64,000 bases of DNA from Mobula birostris (GCF_030028105.1 NC_092390.1:13404346-13468345), one strand, 5' to 3'; counted from the stretch's first letter, positions 37,101-49,295 are shown. Numbers and translations are program-made. Notes: generated from the letters alone by a model not told the origin.

Positions 37101-40100
37101 TAAGATAAAATAATAAGACCATAAGATGAAGGAGCAGAAGTAGGCCATTTTATCATGAGCTGATCCATTTTCTCCTATTTAGTCCCACTCCCCTGCCTTC
37201 TCACCATAACCTTTGATGCCCTGGCTACTCAGATACCTATCAGTCTCTGCCTTAAATACACCCAATGACTTGGCCTCCACTGCTGCCCGTGGCAACAAAT
37301 TCCATAGATTCATCACCCTCTGACTAAAAGAATTTCTTCGCATTTCTGTTCAGAAAGGGCGCCCTTCAATCCTTAAGTCATGCCCTCTCGTATTAGACTC
37401 CCCCATCATGGGAAACAACTTTGCCACATCCACTCTGTCCATGCCTTTTAACATTCGAAATGTTTCTATGAGGTCCTCCCTCATTCTTCTAAACTCCAAG
37501 GAATACAGTCCAAGAGCGGACAAATGTTCCTCATATGTTAACCCTCTCATTCCTGGAATCATTCTAGTGAATCTTCTCTGTACCCTCTCCAACGTCAGCA
37601 CATCAGAATAACTGCAGAATAAAGTGTAAAAACTAACGGAAGAGTGCATTGCAGGTAAACAGTAAAGTGCAAGATCATAACAGAGCAAGACTCCATGTTA
37701 TCATGCAATAGGTCCATTCAAGGGTGTGACAACAGTGGGATGGAAGCTGTCCTTGAGCCTGATGTTACATGCTTTTATGTTTTTATATCATGCCCAATGA
37801 AAGAGGGGAAAAGAGAGAATGTCCAGGATGGGTGAGGTCGTGATTTTGCTGTCTGCTTTACTGAGGCAGCAAGTAGTATAGACAGAGTCCATGGAGAGGA
37901 CGGTCGTTTCTCTAACATGCTGAACTGTGCCCACAACTCTACAGTTTCTTGCGGTCACTTGTGGAGCAACTGCTATATTGAGCCATTATGCATTCAGACA
38001 GAATGCTCTCTATGGTACATCAATAAAATTTGGTAAGATTCTAACCTGCTGTGTTATTCCAGTCCTCAGTTTTTTAATGTCAGGTTAGGCTGTGTCATTG
38101 CTACCAGGGTGCAAAACCTTTTCTAGTGCTTGCTTGACTTGGGCAGATGTTTCAAAGGTGTGGAGCTGGATTCCTGAAGAGAACAAGCTAATTGAACAGA
38201 GACAAAACTGTAGGGCTGTGCTGATGACCCACTTAGTCCATTTAAAAGTATTCACAATATTCCCTAAATACAGTATTCAATCAAGGCTATGTTGCAACCT
38301 TCCTTTGGCCTTGGAAGTTCCCTTACACCAGCATTTTCTTGGACATTTACTTTTGGCAGAATTATAAGAATTACATCAAAAGATAAATACCAGAAATTCA
38401 AATTCAGGGCAACATCTGGGAATGTGTACTCAGTCAGGTATTGTAATGTGGTGACATGGTAGTAATTAGCATAATCGCTTTTATAGTGCCAGCGATCACT
38501 GATAGGGATTCTATCCCCACCACTGTACGTAAGGAGTTTGTACGTTCTGCCTGTGACCGTGTACATTTCCTCCAGATGCTCTGATTTCCTCCTGCATTCC
38601 AAAGACATGGGTTAGAGTTAGTAAATTGTGGGTGTGTTTTCTTGGTCATTGGCTGGATGTGTGGCAACAGTTGCAAGCTGCTCAGCATATTCCTAGGATG
38701 ATGTTTATTGACACAGAGCAACACATTTTACTGAATGTTTTGACGTACATGTGACAAATAAAGCTAATCTTTATCATCTCTCTTTAATGTTATTTATCAC
38801 AGGCGAGAAGACATACGAGCAACAGAAAAGGACAAGGTATGCACCTTCCTTCAGTTCTTAAGTCTTTTTTTATCTTAGAGAGAATGGTAACAAACCCAAC
38901 CCAACCCGATTATATTTGTGTCCAATTAATTTACTAAACCGTACGTCTTTGGAATGTTCTGGACAATGTTTATCAACAACTAGTATCACTGGAGAACAGA
39001 TTTATTTGTCATTTATCTCATTTAACTGTTGTGAATTCTGTGACAAATAAATTATCTGGCATATTTTCCAAAACTAACACCATTTACCATTTACTCACTT
39101 AAGGCATTCCCAAGTGTCTACCCCTGTGTGTAAGGAGTTTGTGTTTTTCCCTGTGATCATGTGTGTTTCCTTGGGATGTTCTAGTTTCCTTCCGCATTCT
39201 AAAGACGTATGGTTAAAGCTAGTGAGTTGTTAGCACGCTATGTTGATGCCGGAAGCATGGCGATACTCATGGGCTGTCTGCAGCCCAATCCTTGGACTGC
39301 GTAGGTCGTTGGTGAAAACTATGCCTTTCACTCTTAAGTTTTGATGTGCATGTGACCAATAAAGTTAATCTCTATCTTTTAAGTGCTTATGTATCAGCAA
39401 GTTACTTTATCTTCTGTGAATAACAATAGGGTATCCTGATGATCTTAAACGTATTACTGAAAGATTTTCTGCTCCTTTCATGCAGATCGAGGTCTACAAA
39501 TGTTTCAGGCCTGGCGATATTGTTTTAGCAAAAGTGGTATCCTTTACAATTAAAATCCGATTAGAAACCCGTATTTTTCAGCCTTAACTATACCGGAGGA
39601 CTTTGACCCCTACAGATCCCTCTAGTGAGAGGTTCCAAAGACATTCCACTCTGAGAGACAAAATTCTTCTCCATCTCAGTCTTAAATAGGCACCTCCTTA
39701 TTCCCTGACCATGCCCTCTGGTTCTGAACTCTCCCAGGTAAGCAAGCTCCTTCAAATTTTACCTTGTTAGGACCTTTAACTATCTTGCACTTCAATAAGA
39801 TTGCTTGTTATTTTTCAAACTCCAACAAGTAGAATCCTTTTTATCTTTTTCTCGTAGGACAGTCCCTTGAGTCCTGATATCATCTTTAGTATGGGAATCA
39901 AGGTTGTTTACAGTACTCTTAATGTGGTCTTACTAGTCCTACTGAAGTTACAGAAAGGCTTTCCTACTTTTATACTCTGACCCCTTTGAAACTGGACATG
40001 AAGTTCCAATATCCTTCCCCAACGTTCTGCACATTAGCTGAAGTTTTGCTGCGGTTCTACAGTGCTATGTTGCCATTGTAACTGACAGCTGAGTGATGTA

Positions 40101-43100
40101 ACAACCCTAAGGCAATATTTAATGAAGATTAATTTTCCACTGACTTGGCTGATGTTCCTTCTTCATCCAATGGCTCTTACCAGCTAGCTGTTCCTCTGGT
40201 TTGCAGTGTGAAAACAGAGTTGTCAAGCTTTGCTTCAGCCATGTTCTTGCAATACAAAGGGTTGCACATGCTCAGTGTATGTTCAAGGTCTGCTGCTGCC
40301 ATAACCCATCCATTTCAAAGTTCAATGTGGTGTGCATTCAGAGATGCTCTTCCAGACATCACTGCTGTAACATGGTTATTTTGAGTTACTGTTGCTTTCC
40401 TGTCAGCTTGAACCAGTCTGGCCATTCTCCTCTGACCCTTCTCATTAACAAGGCATTTTTTGACCACAGAACTGCTGCTCACTGGACTTTTTGTTTTACA
40501 CACTATTCTCTGTAAACACTAGAGACTGGTGCATGTGAAAATCTCAGATCATCAGTTTCTGAGATAAACCATCCCATATGACACCAAAAATTATTCCACA
40601 TTCCCAAAATCACTCGGGTCACTTTTCTTCTGCATCCTGATGTTTAGTCTGAACAACACTGAACCTCTTGACCATGTCTGCATGCTTTTATGCATTGAAT
40701 TGCTGCCACATGATTGGCTGATGAGATATTTGCATTAATGAACATGTACAGATGTACCTTATAAAGTGGCCACAGAATGTATAAAGTGATTGTGAACTAA
40801 AAAGGGACAGATTATATTGTTTTGTATCAAGTGCAATGTCTCCATTTAGAGAGTTCCAGGAAGTTCTTCATTCCCCACTGGTGAGCATGTTGAGTTGGGC
40901 ACTAAGACATCCAGCACTGAACTCAGAAATAGAGACAAGAGTTCCCTTTTCGACTCAGTGACTTTTTCCTCAGGCACCCTGGCTCTAAGTCACTCACTTT
41001 CCCCACTGGTAGGCATCAAATAAGATGGTGCCAATTATGAAGACTAAAGGGACTGTAGAAGCTGGAACCTGGAACAAAAAAGAGAACTCAGCAGGTCAGT
41101 CATCATCTGTGGATGAAAAAAGTGTGAATCAATGTTTCAGGTCAAGACCACATACCAGGATACAGGGCTTTGACTTAAGGAGTCTAGCTTGTACCTTTTC
41201 ATCCACAGATTGGTATTGGTTTGGCTTATTGTTGTCACATGTACCAAAAGACAGTGAAAAGCTTGTCTAGCATACTGTTCATATTCATCAAACCATTTCC
41301 CAGTGCATTGACATTAAAGTTGCTGGTGAGCGCCGCAGGCCAGGCAGCATCTATCGGAAGAGGTACAGTCGACGTTTCGGGCCGAGACCCTTAGTCAGGT
41401 GTGTTGCTTGAAATTCCGGCATCTGCAGATCTCCTCGTGTTTGTGTCCCAGTGCATTGAGATAGAATAAGGTAAAACAACCACCGCAACTTATCCAGGTG
41501 CAGCGGCTCCAGATTTCCACTCACCATTCACTAACACTCCCTAGTCCGTGTCAGAAAGGACACACGTGGCTTGGGTTCCCACTTCCGTGCACAGGCAACA
41601 ACATGTGGAAGGTCCAGCTCTGTTGTGATGGCCCTGCTGTTGAGCACCTCACCAACGCCTGTTGTTAACACAAGAGAAAACATTTGCTCTGTCGTGACAA
41701 CATTTAAATTGATTAGTGGGAGACAAGCTGTGCAGGAATCTGATGAGGGACAGGAGTTCCATAAACATATTCATTTTCATCCCCCCTCTCCCCCTCACAC
41801 AAGGATTGAAATCAGCGAATGTGTTATTCACTGACTCATGGCTCTGAGGAGGAGCTGGCCCCCTTAATTTGGTACAACTGACTGTGGATTGTTATGTTGC
41901 TGTGGATCTGCAGTCACACAGAGCCCACATGAATTGAGACAGCAGATTCCTGTGTAAGAGGACAGTGGTAAACCAGATGGGCTTTTACAACAGTCCAGTA
42001 GATGTTAAATTTAGAAATACAGCCCATCGAGCCAGCACTACCACTTTACACCCATGTGACTATTTACCCTACCAAATTGTATGTCTTTAGAACATGGGAG
42101 GAAACCGTAGCACCCAGAGGAAACCCACATGGTAACAGGTAGAATGCAAAAACAGACAGCAGCAGGAATTGAGCCCAATCGCCAGCACTGTAACAGTGTT
42201 AGGGTACCGTGCTGTTCCAGTAGTTCTCCCTATAATTGACGATAGCTTTTTACTGGAGAATCATTTTATTAGTTGGAGTTAAATTCTTCGGCTTCTCTGT
42301 GTCGTTGGATATTAACATGTCTCCAGATGGTAGGTCCAGTACCATAAGCACTACTATACCCTGCAACTTGATCATCTGATAACTAAACTGATAATCATCT
42401 GATAACTAAACTGTCAGATTTCCTATTTTGTCCTTAACATCTACTCCCAGATCTCCCTAGGTGACGCTCAGTCCAACTACCTGCTGACGACAGCAGAAAA
42501 TGAGCTGGGAGTGGTCGTCGCACACAGCGAAGCAGGTGAGGATATCCTGGTGCTTTCTCACCTTCTGTACTTCCAGTGCGAGTCCTACAAACCTCATTAC
42601 AGGCCAAGTTTGACAGGCAGGGCTGTGGTTTAATCGTGAACTGAAAATTATGCTTAATTAGACTGTGCTTTGAGGATGAGAGGTAACTTGATAGATGTGT
42701 ATGTGATGAGAGGCATAGATAGAATAAACAGAGAGACTTTTTCGCGAGGCAGCAGTGACTAAAACCAAAGGGGATAATTTTAAGGTAATTGAAAGAAAGT
42801 ATAGGGGGATGTCAGGTTTTTTTTCACACAGTGTGTGGTGGGTACATGGAACACTCTGCCAGTGGTGATGGTAGAGGTAGATACATTAGGAACATTTACA
42901 AGACTTCACTAGATGCATGAATGAGAACAAAATGGACGATTGAATGGAAAAATGAAATAGCCTCTGATCCGATAAATGGAACAAAAGAGATTGAATGAGT
43001 TAGTTTACATTCCTGTTCCCATATTTTACAATAATATATTTCCTTTCCTTAGGTGCACAGATGGTCCCCATCAGCTGGTGTGAGATGCAGTGCCCCAAAT

Positions 43101-43159
43101 CACATGGGAAAGAGTTCCGTAAAGTGGCTCGAGTGCAGCCCGAATTCCTGCACACCTGA
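28170..43159 (+). CDS. EXOSC1: Exosome complex component CSL4 (EXOSC1), whole gene span, 8 coding exons, 194 aa
   Basis: Exons of 28+116+75+89+34+51+85+107 = 585 nt splice in frame to MAPVKLCIPGERLCSIEDSTPGEGTYSRHGYIFASLAG...WCEMQCPKSHGKEFRKVARVQPEFLHT*, colinear with vertebrate EXOSC1. Confidence 0.97.
28445..28830 (+). mobile_element. RTE-derived non-autonomous element in EXOSC1 intron 1
   Basis: RTE-like 5' motif (ctagagggaaaaatgatttcaaaa) and a 3' end shared with 20095-20340. Confidence 0.45.
28873..28988 (+). CDS. EXOSC1: EXOSC1 exon 2 (ERLCSIEDSTPGEGTYSRHGYIFASLAGYVMKRNDNGM)
   Basis: Acceptor ttacag; 116 nt; frame-preserving donor ATG|GTGGGT. Confidence 0.93.
29900..30210 (+). mobile_element. 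V-SINE with Rex1/Babar-type tail
   Basis: tRNA-like head, V-domain, tail gtatacatgcaacaaataaggataatctt. Related copies at about 14740, 38480, 39115 and 63530. Confidence 0.7.
31088..31162 (+). CDS. EXOSC1: EXOSC1 exon 3 (VPIISVVRDSEPQLLPEVGVVVTCK)
   Basis: Acceptor tttgtag; donor AAG|GTAAGG; 75 nt. Confidence 0.95.
31795..32780 (-). mobile_element. Penelope-like element 3' part
   Basis: ORF remnants RVPLVLTYHP...GVIYCIRCGLLYISET and DRFVEHLRSV...LEEQHLIYCLGSLQPLGMNIEFSNFR (GIY-YIG endonuclease). Confidence 0.88.
31887..31922 (-). ncRNA. Minimal hammerhead ribozyme motif in a PLE (antisense to EXOSC1 intron 3)
   Basis: agtc-CUGAUGA-A-GGA-uuccgg-CCC-GAAA-C-GUC^gacu: core intact, one helix II mismatch. 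Confidence 0.7.
32852..34122 (+). mobile_element. Tc1/mariner-superfamily MITE, copy 2, containing a CR1 3' fragment (about 33117-33450)
   Basis: TA-flanked TIR CAGTGGATTCTAGTTAATTGGG...CCCAATTAACCAGAATCCACT. Confidence 0.8.
35749..35837 (+). CDS. EXOSC1: EXOSC1 exon 4 (VTSINPRFAKVHILYVRSTPLKGAFKGTIR)
   Basis: Polypyrimidine tract plus cag; donor AG|GTAATG; 89 nt; S1-domain sequence. Confidence 0.95.
36767..37035 (+). mobile_element. V-SINE with CR1-type tail
   Basis: tRNA-like head ggcactgcagtagcgtagctgttagc, V-domain, tail gggccagagggccctgttc. Confidence 0.7.
37115..37600 (-). mobile_element. CR1 LINE 3' end
   Basis: LERVQRRFTRMIPGMRGLTYEE...LEFRRMREDLIETFRMLKG. Confidence 0.85.
38803..38836 (+). 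CDS. EXOSC1: EXOSC1 exon 5 (REDIRATEKDK)
   Basis: Acceptor tcacag; donor AAG|GTATGC; 34 nt. Confidence 0.95.
39486..39536 (+). CDS. EXOSC1: EXOSC1 exon 6 (IEVYKCFRPGDIVLAKV)
   Basis: Acceptor tgcag; ends at the U12 donor GTATCCTTT; 51 nt. Confidence 0.95.
40290..40782 (-). mobile_element. Tc1-derived non-autonomous fragment
   Basis: Remnant KCLVNEKGQRRMARLVQADRKATVTQ; terminal ...taaagtggccacagaatgta. Confidence 0.65.
41312..41445. mobile_element. Short 5'-inverted PLE insertion with 14-bp TSD
   Basis: TSD TCCCAGTGCATTGA at 41298-41311 and 41446-41459. The two halves of the insert are in opposite orientation. Confidence 0.8.
42451..42535 (+). CDS. EXOSC1: EXOSC1 exon 7 (ISLGDAQSNYLLTTAENELGVVVAHSEA-G)
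   Basis: Near-invariant CSL4 motif; donor G|GTGAGG; 85 nt. Confidence 0.96.
43053..43159 (+). CDS. EXOSC1: EXOSC1 exon 8 (AQMVPISWCEMQCPKSHGKEFRKVARVQPEFLHT*)
   Basis: Acceptor ttccttag; C-terminal zinc-ribbon-like region; TGA at 43157-43159. Confidence 0.96.
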
Positions 43160-43382
43160 GACCAGAGACCAGACACCAACGTCACACTTTATTGCAGAGG
43201 AGTTTTCTAATGACTGCAATTTGTATTCAGATGGCTTCAAAGGACGGATGATTCCTGGAGCCCAATGTAAAACTGCAGAACTTAGCCCAGCTGGAAAATG
43301 ATGCCAGGACACATACCATCTTCTACTATATGGCATCTTCTCAGGGTACTGAGTAAAGTTACAAATCTTCTACTTTTTAAAC

Positions 43383-43392
43383 ATTAAATAAA
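43383..43392 (+). terminator. Probable EXOSC1 polyadenylation signal
   Basis: Overlapping ATTAAA/AATAAA about 225 nt after the stop, followed by a T-rich tract. A second AATAAA lies at 43512-43517. Confidence 0.55.
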
Positions 43393-44154
43393 TTAATATT
43401 TTTCTTTACGACAGATCTTTAACTTTTCCAAATGTGTCATGTGCAAGTTACCTTTCACTGTCTACCTCTTACCGTATTTTGGCAAAGTTTTTGTCAGTGT
43501 CAATGAGAGAGAATAAAGCCAAGGCACATACTTGGACAGATCTTCACCACACTTGTATCTTGCACCACATTTGCTTGTCATGAACCTGATCAGGAGAAAT
43601 ATGGGAATCGAAGCTTTACCTCCCTTGCTGTTGACTGTAAAACATTTCAGGATATTTTGTGAATACAGTATCAAGCTGGGGAATTGCTTGGGAGCTTTAA
43701 ACTTTTCATCTGTTTTCCTTCAGACCTAATCCAAAATACATGTGCAGATGATCACAAATTCCATAACCTACAAACTCACTTTCAAGGACTCTACAACTCA
43801 TGTTCTCGGTATTATTTATTTATGTATGCACATATTTGTCTTTTATAAATTGGTTGTCTATCACTCTTTGTTTTTGTTTAGTTTTCATAAAATGTATTTC
43901 TTTTTTTTTAAAGGCATGCAAGAAAATGAATCTCAAGGTCGTAACCTATGCTTACTTTGATAATAAATTTACTTTGAATTTGATGAGAGAGCAGAGCTTC
44001 TAATGAGCAAGCCATTAATAGATTCATTGTGTGCATTTGACAGGTTCAGTTGCCTAGTATATTAAATTGGTAAATGGGTTTCTTATTGTCATATGTACTG
44101 AGGTACAGTGAACATCTTGTCTTGCATACTCTTCATACAAATCAAACTATTGCA

Positions 44155-44980
44155 ACAGCTGAGAAGTGGCAGATGGAGTTCAACCCAGATAAGTGCGAGG
44201 TGGTTCATTTTGGAGGTAAAATATGATGACAGAGTATAGTATTAATGGTAAGACACTTGGCAGTGTGGAGGATCAGAGGGATCTTAGGGTCCGAGTCCAT
44301 AGGACACTCAAAGCTGCTATGCAGGTTGACTCTGTGGTTAAGAAGTCATACAGGGCATTGGCCTTCATCAATGATGGGATTGAGTTTAGGAGCCAAGAGG
44401 TGATGTTTCAGCTATATAGGACCCTGGTCAGACCCCACTTGGAGTACTGTGCTCAGTTCTGGTCGCTTCACTACAGGAAGCATGTGGAAACCATAGAAAG
44501 GGTGCAGAGGAGATTTACAAGGATGTTGCTTGGATTGGGGAGCATGCCTTATGAGAACAGGTTGAGTGAACTCAGCCTTTTCTCCTTGGAGCGACGGAGG
44601 ATGAGAGGTGACCTGATAGAGGTGTATAAGTTGATGAGGGGCATTGATCGTGTGGAATCTCAGGGGCTTTTTCCCAGGGCTGAAATGGCTGACACGAAAG
44701 GGCACAGTTTTAAGGTGCTTGGATGTAGGAACAGAGGAGATGTCAGGGGTAAGTTGTGGTTGTTTATGCAGAGAGTGGTGAGTGCGTGGAATGGGCTGCT
44801 GGCAACGGTGGTGGAGGTGGATACATAGGGTCTTTTAAGAGACTCCTAGACAGGTATATGGAGCTGAGAAATACAGAGGGCTATGGGTAACCCTAGGTAA
44901 TTTCTCAGGTAAGAACATGTTCGGCACAGCTTTGTGGGCCGAAGGGCCTGTATTGTGCTGTAGGTTTTCGATGTTTCTAA
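44155..44980 (+). mobile_element. CR1 LINE 3' end
   Basis: 201-aa ORF with LYRTLVRPHLEYCAQFWS and LERRRMRGDLIEVYK motifs; (ttcta)-type tail. Confidence 0.9.
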
Positions 44981-46480
44981 CAGTGCACTGAGGCAGAAGG
45001 ATGATAAACGATAACTGAGTGCAGTTGGAAGTTACAGAGAGGGTGCTGTGCAGGTAGACATAATACAAGGACACAATGGGGTTTGTGAGGTCAAGTTTCC
45101 ATTGTATATAAGAGAAACAACAGAAGGATAGAAGCTGTCCTTGACAATGCCAGCATGTGATTTCAAGCTTCTGTATCATCTGCCTGACGGGAGAGGAGAG
45201 AAGAGAATGTCTCGCATCAGTGGTGTCTTTAAGTTGGCTGCTATACTGAGGCAGCAGGGTGTGTAGACAGACCATGGAGAGGAGGCTGTTTTCCTTGGTA
45301 GGCTGAGTTGTGTCCACAATTCTCTGCAATTTCTTGTGGTCCTGTGCCAAGCAGTTGCCACGCCAGTCTGTGATGCATCCAGGTAGAATGCTTTCTATGG
45401 TGTATCAGTCAAAATGGGTAAGGGTTGACGGGGGCATGCCAAATTCCTTTTGCCTTCTGAGGAAGTAGATGTGCCGATGAGGTTTCTTGGCTGTATCGTC
45501 AACGTGGTTGGTGATGTTCTCTCTATAGTGGTTCAATTAAGCCCAAGGAATGGACTGCTGACCCAGAAAAAGCGGTTTGAACAGCAGGGAGTATAAATTA
45601 ATTAAATCTGAAATAACAAGCTACTCCTTGTCATGGTGTTCATGAAAATACCAGATTGTGGTAAAAATCCACTAATGCTCTTCGAGGAGGGAAATCTGGA
45701 TCTTATGAGATCTGGGAACCTAGCAAATTGCTACTTTCAAGAGTTAGCGTCACTTCCATTTACCTTGGTGATCTGATCTGAGTGCCAGATTGTTGGCTGA
45801 CATTGTGCTATAACAACATGGAAGGGATATGATTAAAGAATCAGAATCAGGTTTATTATCACCAGCATATGTCATGAAATTTGTCAACTTTGCAGCAGCA
45901 GTTCAATGCAATACATAATACAGAAGAAGAAAAACATAATAATACATAAGTAAATCAATTACAGTATACATATATTGAATAGATTTTAAATTGTGCAAAA
46001 AAAAACCAAATAATATATCTTAAAAAAGTGAGGTAGTGTTCACGGGTTCAATGTCCATTCAGGAATCGGATGGCAAAGGGGAAGAAGCTGTTCCTGAATT
46101 GCTGAGTTTGTGCCTTCAGACTTCTGTACCTCCCACCTGATGGTAACAGTGAGAAAAGGAAAGGGCAGGTCCTGAGGTGCTGGAGATCCTTAATAGTGGA
46201 CGCTGCCTTTCTGAGACACCGCTCCTTGAAGATGTCCTGGGTACTTTGTAGGCTAGTACCCAAGATGGAGCCAACTAAATTTACAACCCTCTGCAGCTTC
46301 TTTCAGTCCTGTGCAGTAGCTCTCCCCCCACCCCCTGCCCCATACCACACAGTGATGCAGCCTGTGAGAATGCTCTCCACGGTACATCTACAGAAGTTTT
46401 TGTTGACATACCAAGTCTCTTCAAACTTATAATGAAGTATAGTTACTGTCTTCCTTTATAACTGCATTGATATGTTTGGC

Positions 46481-47454
46481 AAACACAAGGAAATCTGCAG
46501 ATGCTGGAATTTCAAGCAACACACATCAAAGTTGCTGGTGAATGCAGCAGGCCAGGCAGCATCTCTAGGAAGAGGTACAGTCGACATTTCGGGCCGAGAC
46601 CCTTCGTCAGGACTAACTGAAGGAAGAGTTAGTAAGAGATTTGAAAGTGGGAGGGGGAGGGTGAGATCTGAAATGATAGGAGAAGACAGGAGGGGGAGGG
46701 ATGGAGCCAAGAGCCGGACAGGTGATTGGCAAAAGGGATATGAGAGGATCATGGGACAGGAGGCCTAGGGAGAACAAAAGGGGGAGGGGGGGAGGCCCAG
46801 AGGATGGGCAAGGGGTATAGTCAGAGGGAGAAAAAGGAGAGAGAGAAAAAGAATGTGTGTATATAAATAAATAATGGATGGGGTACGAGGGGGAGGTGGG
46901 GCATTAGCAGAATTTTGAGAAGTCAATATTCATGCCATCAGGTTGGAGGCTACCCAGATGGAATATAAGGTGTTGTTCCTCCAACCTGAGAGTGGCTTCA
47001 TCTTTACAGTAGAGGAAGCCATGGATAGACATATCAGAATGGGAATGGGACGTGGAATTAAAATGTGTAGCCACTGGGAGATCAGCTAATGCCCCATCTC
47101 CCCCTTGTACTCCATCCATTATTTTCCTTTTTCTCCCCCTGTCCCCCTCACTATACCCCTTGCCCATCCTCTGGGCTTTCCCTCTCCCCCTTTCTTTCTC
47201 CCTAGGCCTCCTGTCCCATGATCCTTTCATATCCCTTTTACCAATCAACTGTCCAGCTGTTGGCTCCATCTCTCCCCCTCCTGTCTTCTCCTATCATTTC
47301 GGATCTCCCTTCCCCCTCCCATTTTCAAATCTCTTACTAGCTCTTCTTTCAGTTAGTCCTGACAAAGGATCTCGGCTTGAAACATTGACTGTACCTCTTC
47401 CTAGAGATGCTGCCTGGCCTGCTGCGTTCACCAGCAACTTTTATGTGTGTTGCT
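46481..47454 (-). mobile_element. PLE with inverted pLTR (fold-back insertion)
   Basis: 46515-46908 and 47085-47454 are inverted copies around a GIY-YIG C-terminal fragment. Confidence 0.88.
46579..46614 (-). ncRNA. Minimal hammerhead ribozyme motif in a PLE
   Basis: agtc-CUGACGA-A-GGG-ucucgg-CCC-GAAA-U-GUC^gacu: core intact, C>U in the helix III palindrome. Confidence 0.65.
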
Positions 47455-48449
47455 GAATTTGTTGGGACCAGGTTAGATCTTCAGAGATCTTGACACCCAA
47501 GAATGTGTAACTGCTCACACTCTCCACTTCTGATCCCTCTATGAGGATTGGTATGTGTTCCTTCGTCTTGCCCTTCCTGAAGTCCACAATCAGCTCTTTC
47601 ATCTTACTGACATTGAGTGCAAGGTTGTTGCTGTGACACCACTCCACTAGCTGGTACATCTCGCTCCTGTATGCCCTCTCGTCTGCATCTGAGATTCTAC
47701 CAACAATGGTCGTATCATCAGCAACTTTATAAGATAGTATTTGAGTTTTGCCTAGCCACACAGTCATGGGTATGGAGAGAATAGAGCAGTGGGCTAAACA
47801 CATATGCCTGAGGTGCACCAGTGTTGATCGTCAGCGAGGAGGAGATGTTATCACCAATCTGCACCGATTGTGGTCTTCCGGTTAGGAAGTCAAGGATCCA
47901 ATTGCAGAGGGAGGTACAGAGGCCCAGGTTCTGCAACTTCCCAATCAGGATTGTGGGAATGATGGTGTTAAATGCTGAGCTATAGTTGACAAACAGCATC
48001 CTGACATAGGTCTTGTTTCAAGTGTACTGGAATGTGTACACTACCACATTTACTGACACATCTAGCTACCAACTCTCACTGTGATACAGTTATTCTGACG
48101 TTGTCCCTTGCTGGAACACAGTTCTTGTACTGACACTTACAAAACTGATTCCAATGGCTCCAATTTCAACCATTTTACACTGCAACATTCAAGAGGCCAC
48201 ATATAAAATGGACTCTTCAGGAAGATATCTCCCCAGCAAATAATTTTAACATATCTAAGGACAACCTCCCGTCTTGCCAATGATTAGAACTGGGCACAGT
48301 AGTCAAGGAGGAAGGTTTTGAACTATCCGATGTCGACTTGGCCTTTTATTTTTAAGTAGACTAATAATGCATCAGTGAACTATTCTGCAGAATCAGAATC
48401 GGGCTTAATATCACTGGCATATGTCGTGAAATTTGTTTTGCAGCAATAA

Positions 48450-49295
48450 TACATTGAAGAGAGATTTAGGCCAGTTGGAAGAGTGGGCTGAAAGATGGCA
48501 GATGGAGTCTAATGCTGATAAATGTGAGGTGCTACACTTTGGTAGGACTAATCAAAATAGGACATACATGGTAAATGGTAGGGCATTGAAGAATGTAGTA
48601 GAACAGAGGGATCTAGGAATAATGGTGCATGGTTCCCTGAAGGTGGAATCTGATGTGGATAGGGTGGTGAAGAAAGCTTTTGGTATGCTGGCTTTTATAA
48701 ATCAAAGCATTGAGTATAGGAGTTGGGATGCAATATTGAAATTGTACAAGGCATTGATGAGGCCAAATTTGGAGTATTGTGTACAGTTTTAGTCACTGAA
48801 TTATAGGAAAGATGTCAACAAAATAGAGTACAGAGGGTTACTAGAATGTTACCTGGGTTTCATCAGTTAAGTTACAGCGAAAGGTTGAACAAGTCGGGTC
48901 TTTATTCTTTGGAACGTAGAAGGTTGAGGGGGGAACTTGATAGAGGTGTTTAAAATTATGAGGGGGATAGATAGAGTTGACGTGGATAGGCTTTTTCCAT
49001 TGAGAGTGGGGGAGATTCAAACAAGAGGACATGAGTTGAGAGTTAAAGGACAAAAGTTTAGAGGTAATAAGAGGGGAACTTCTTTACTCAGAGAGTGGCA
49101 GCTGTGTGGAACGAGCTTCCAGCAGAAGTGGTTGAGAAGTGGTTCGATGTTGCCGTTTAAAGTTAAATTGGACAGGAAAGGAATGGAGGGTTATAGGCTG
49201 AGTGCAGGTCGGTGGGACTAGGTGAAAGTAGGAGTTCGGCACGGACTAGAAGGGCCGAGATGGCCTGGTTCCGTGCTGTAATTGTTATATGGTTA
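48450..49295 (+). mobile_element. CR1 LINE 3' end
   Basis: DLGQLEEWAERWQME..KCEVLHFG and LYKALMRPNLEYCVQF motifs. Confidence 0.88.

Larger units (their letters stand above)
39537..42450 (+). other. U12-type (minor spliceosome) GT-AG intron, EXOSC1 intron 6
   Basis: 5' splice site GTATCCTTT. Branch site TCCTTAAC at 42431-42438, about 10 nt before the terminal AG at 42449-42450. Confidence 0.93.
45838..48010 (-). mobile_element. Rex1/Babar LINE relic interrupted by a PLE
   Basis: RT motifs [47 protein letters not shown]. Confidence 0.85.

Noticed and set aside
44223-44828. 201-aa ORF as a host gene
   Set aside because: It is the C-terminus of CR1 ORF2 in a 5'-truncated copy.
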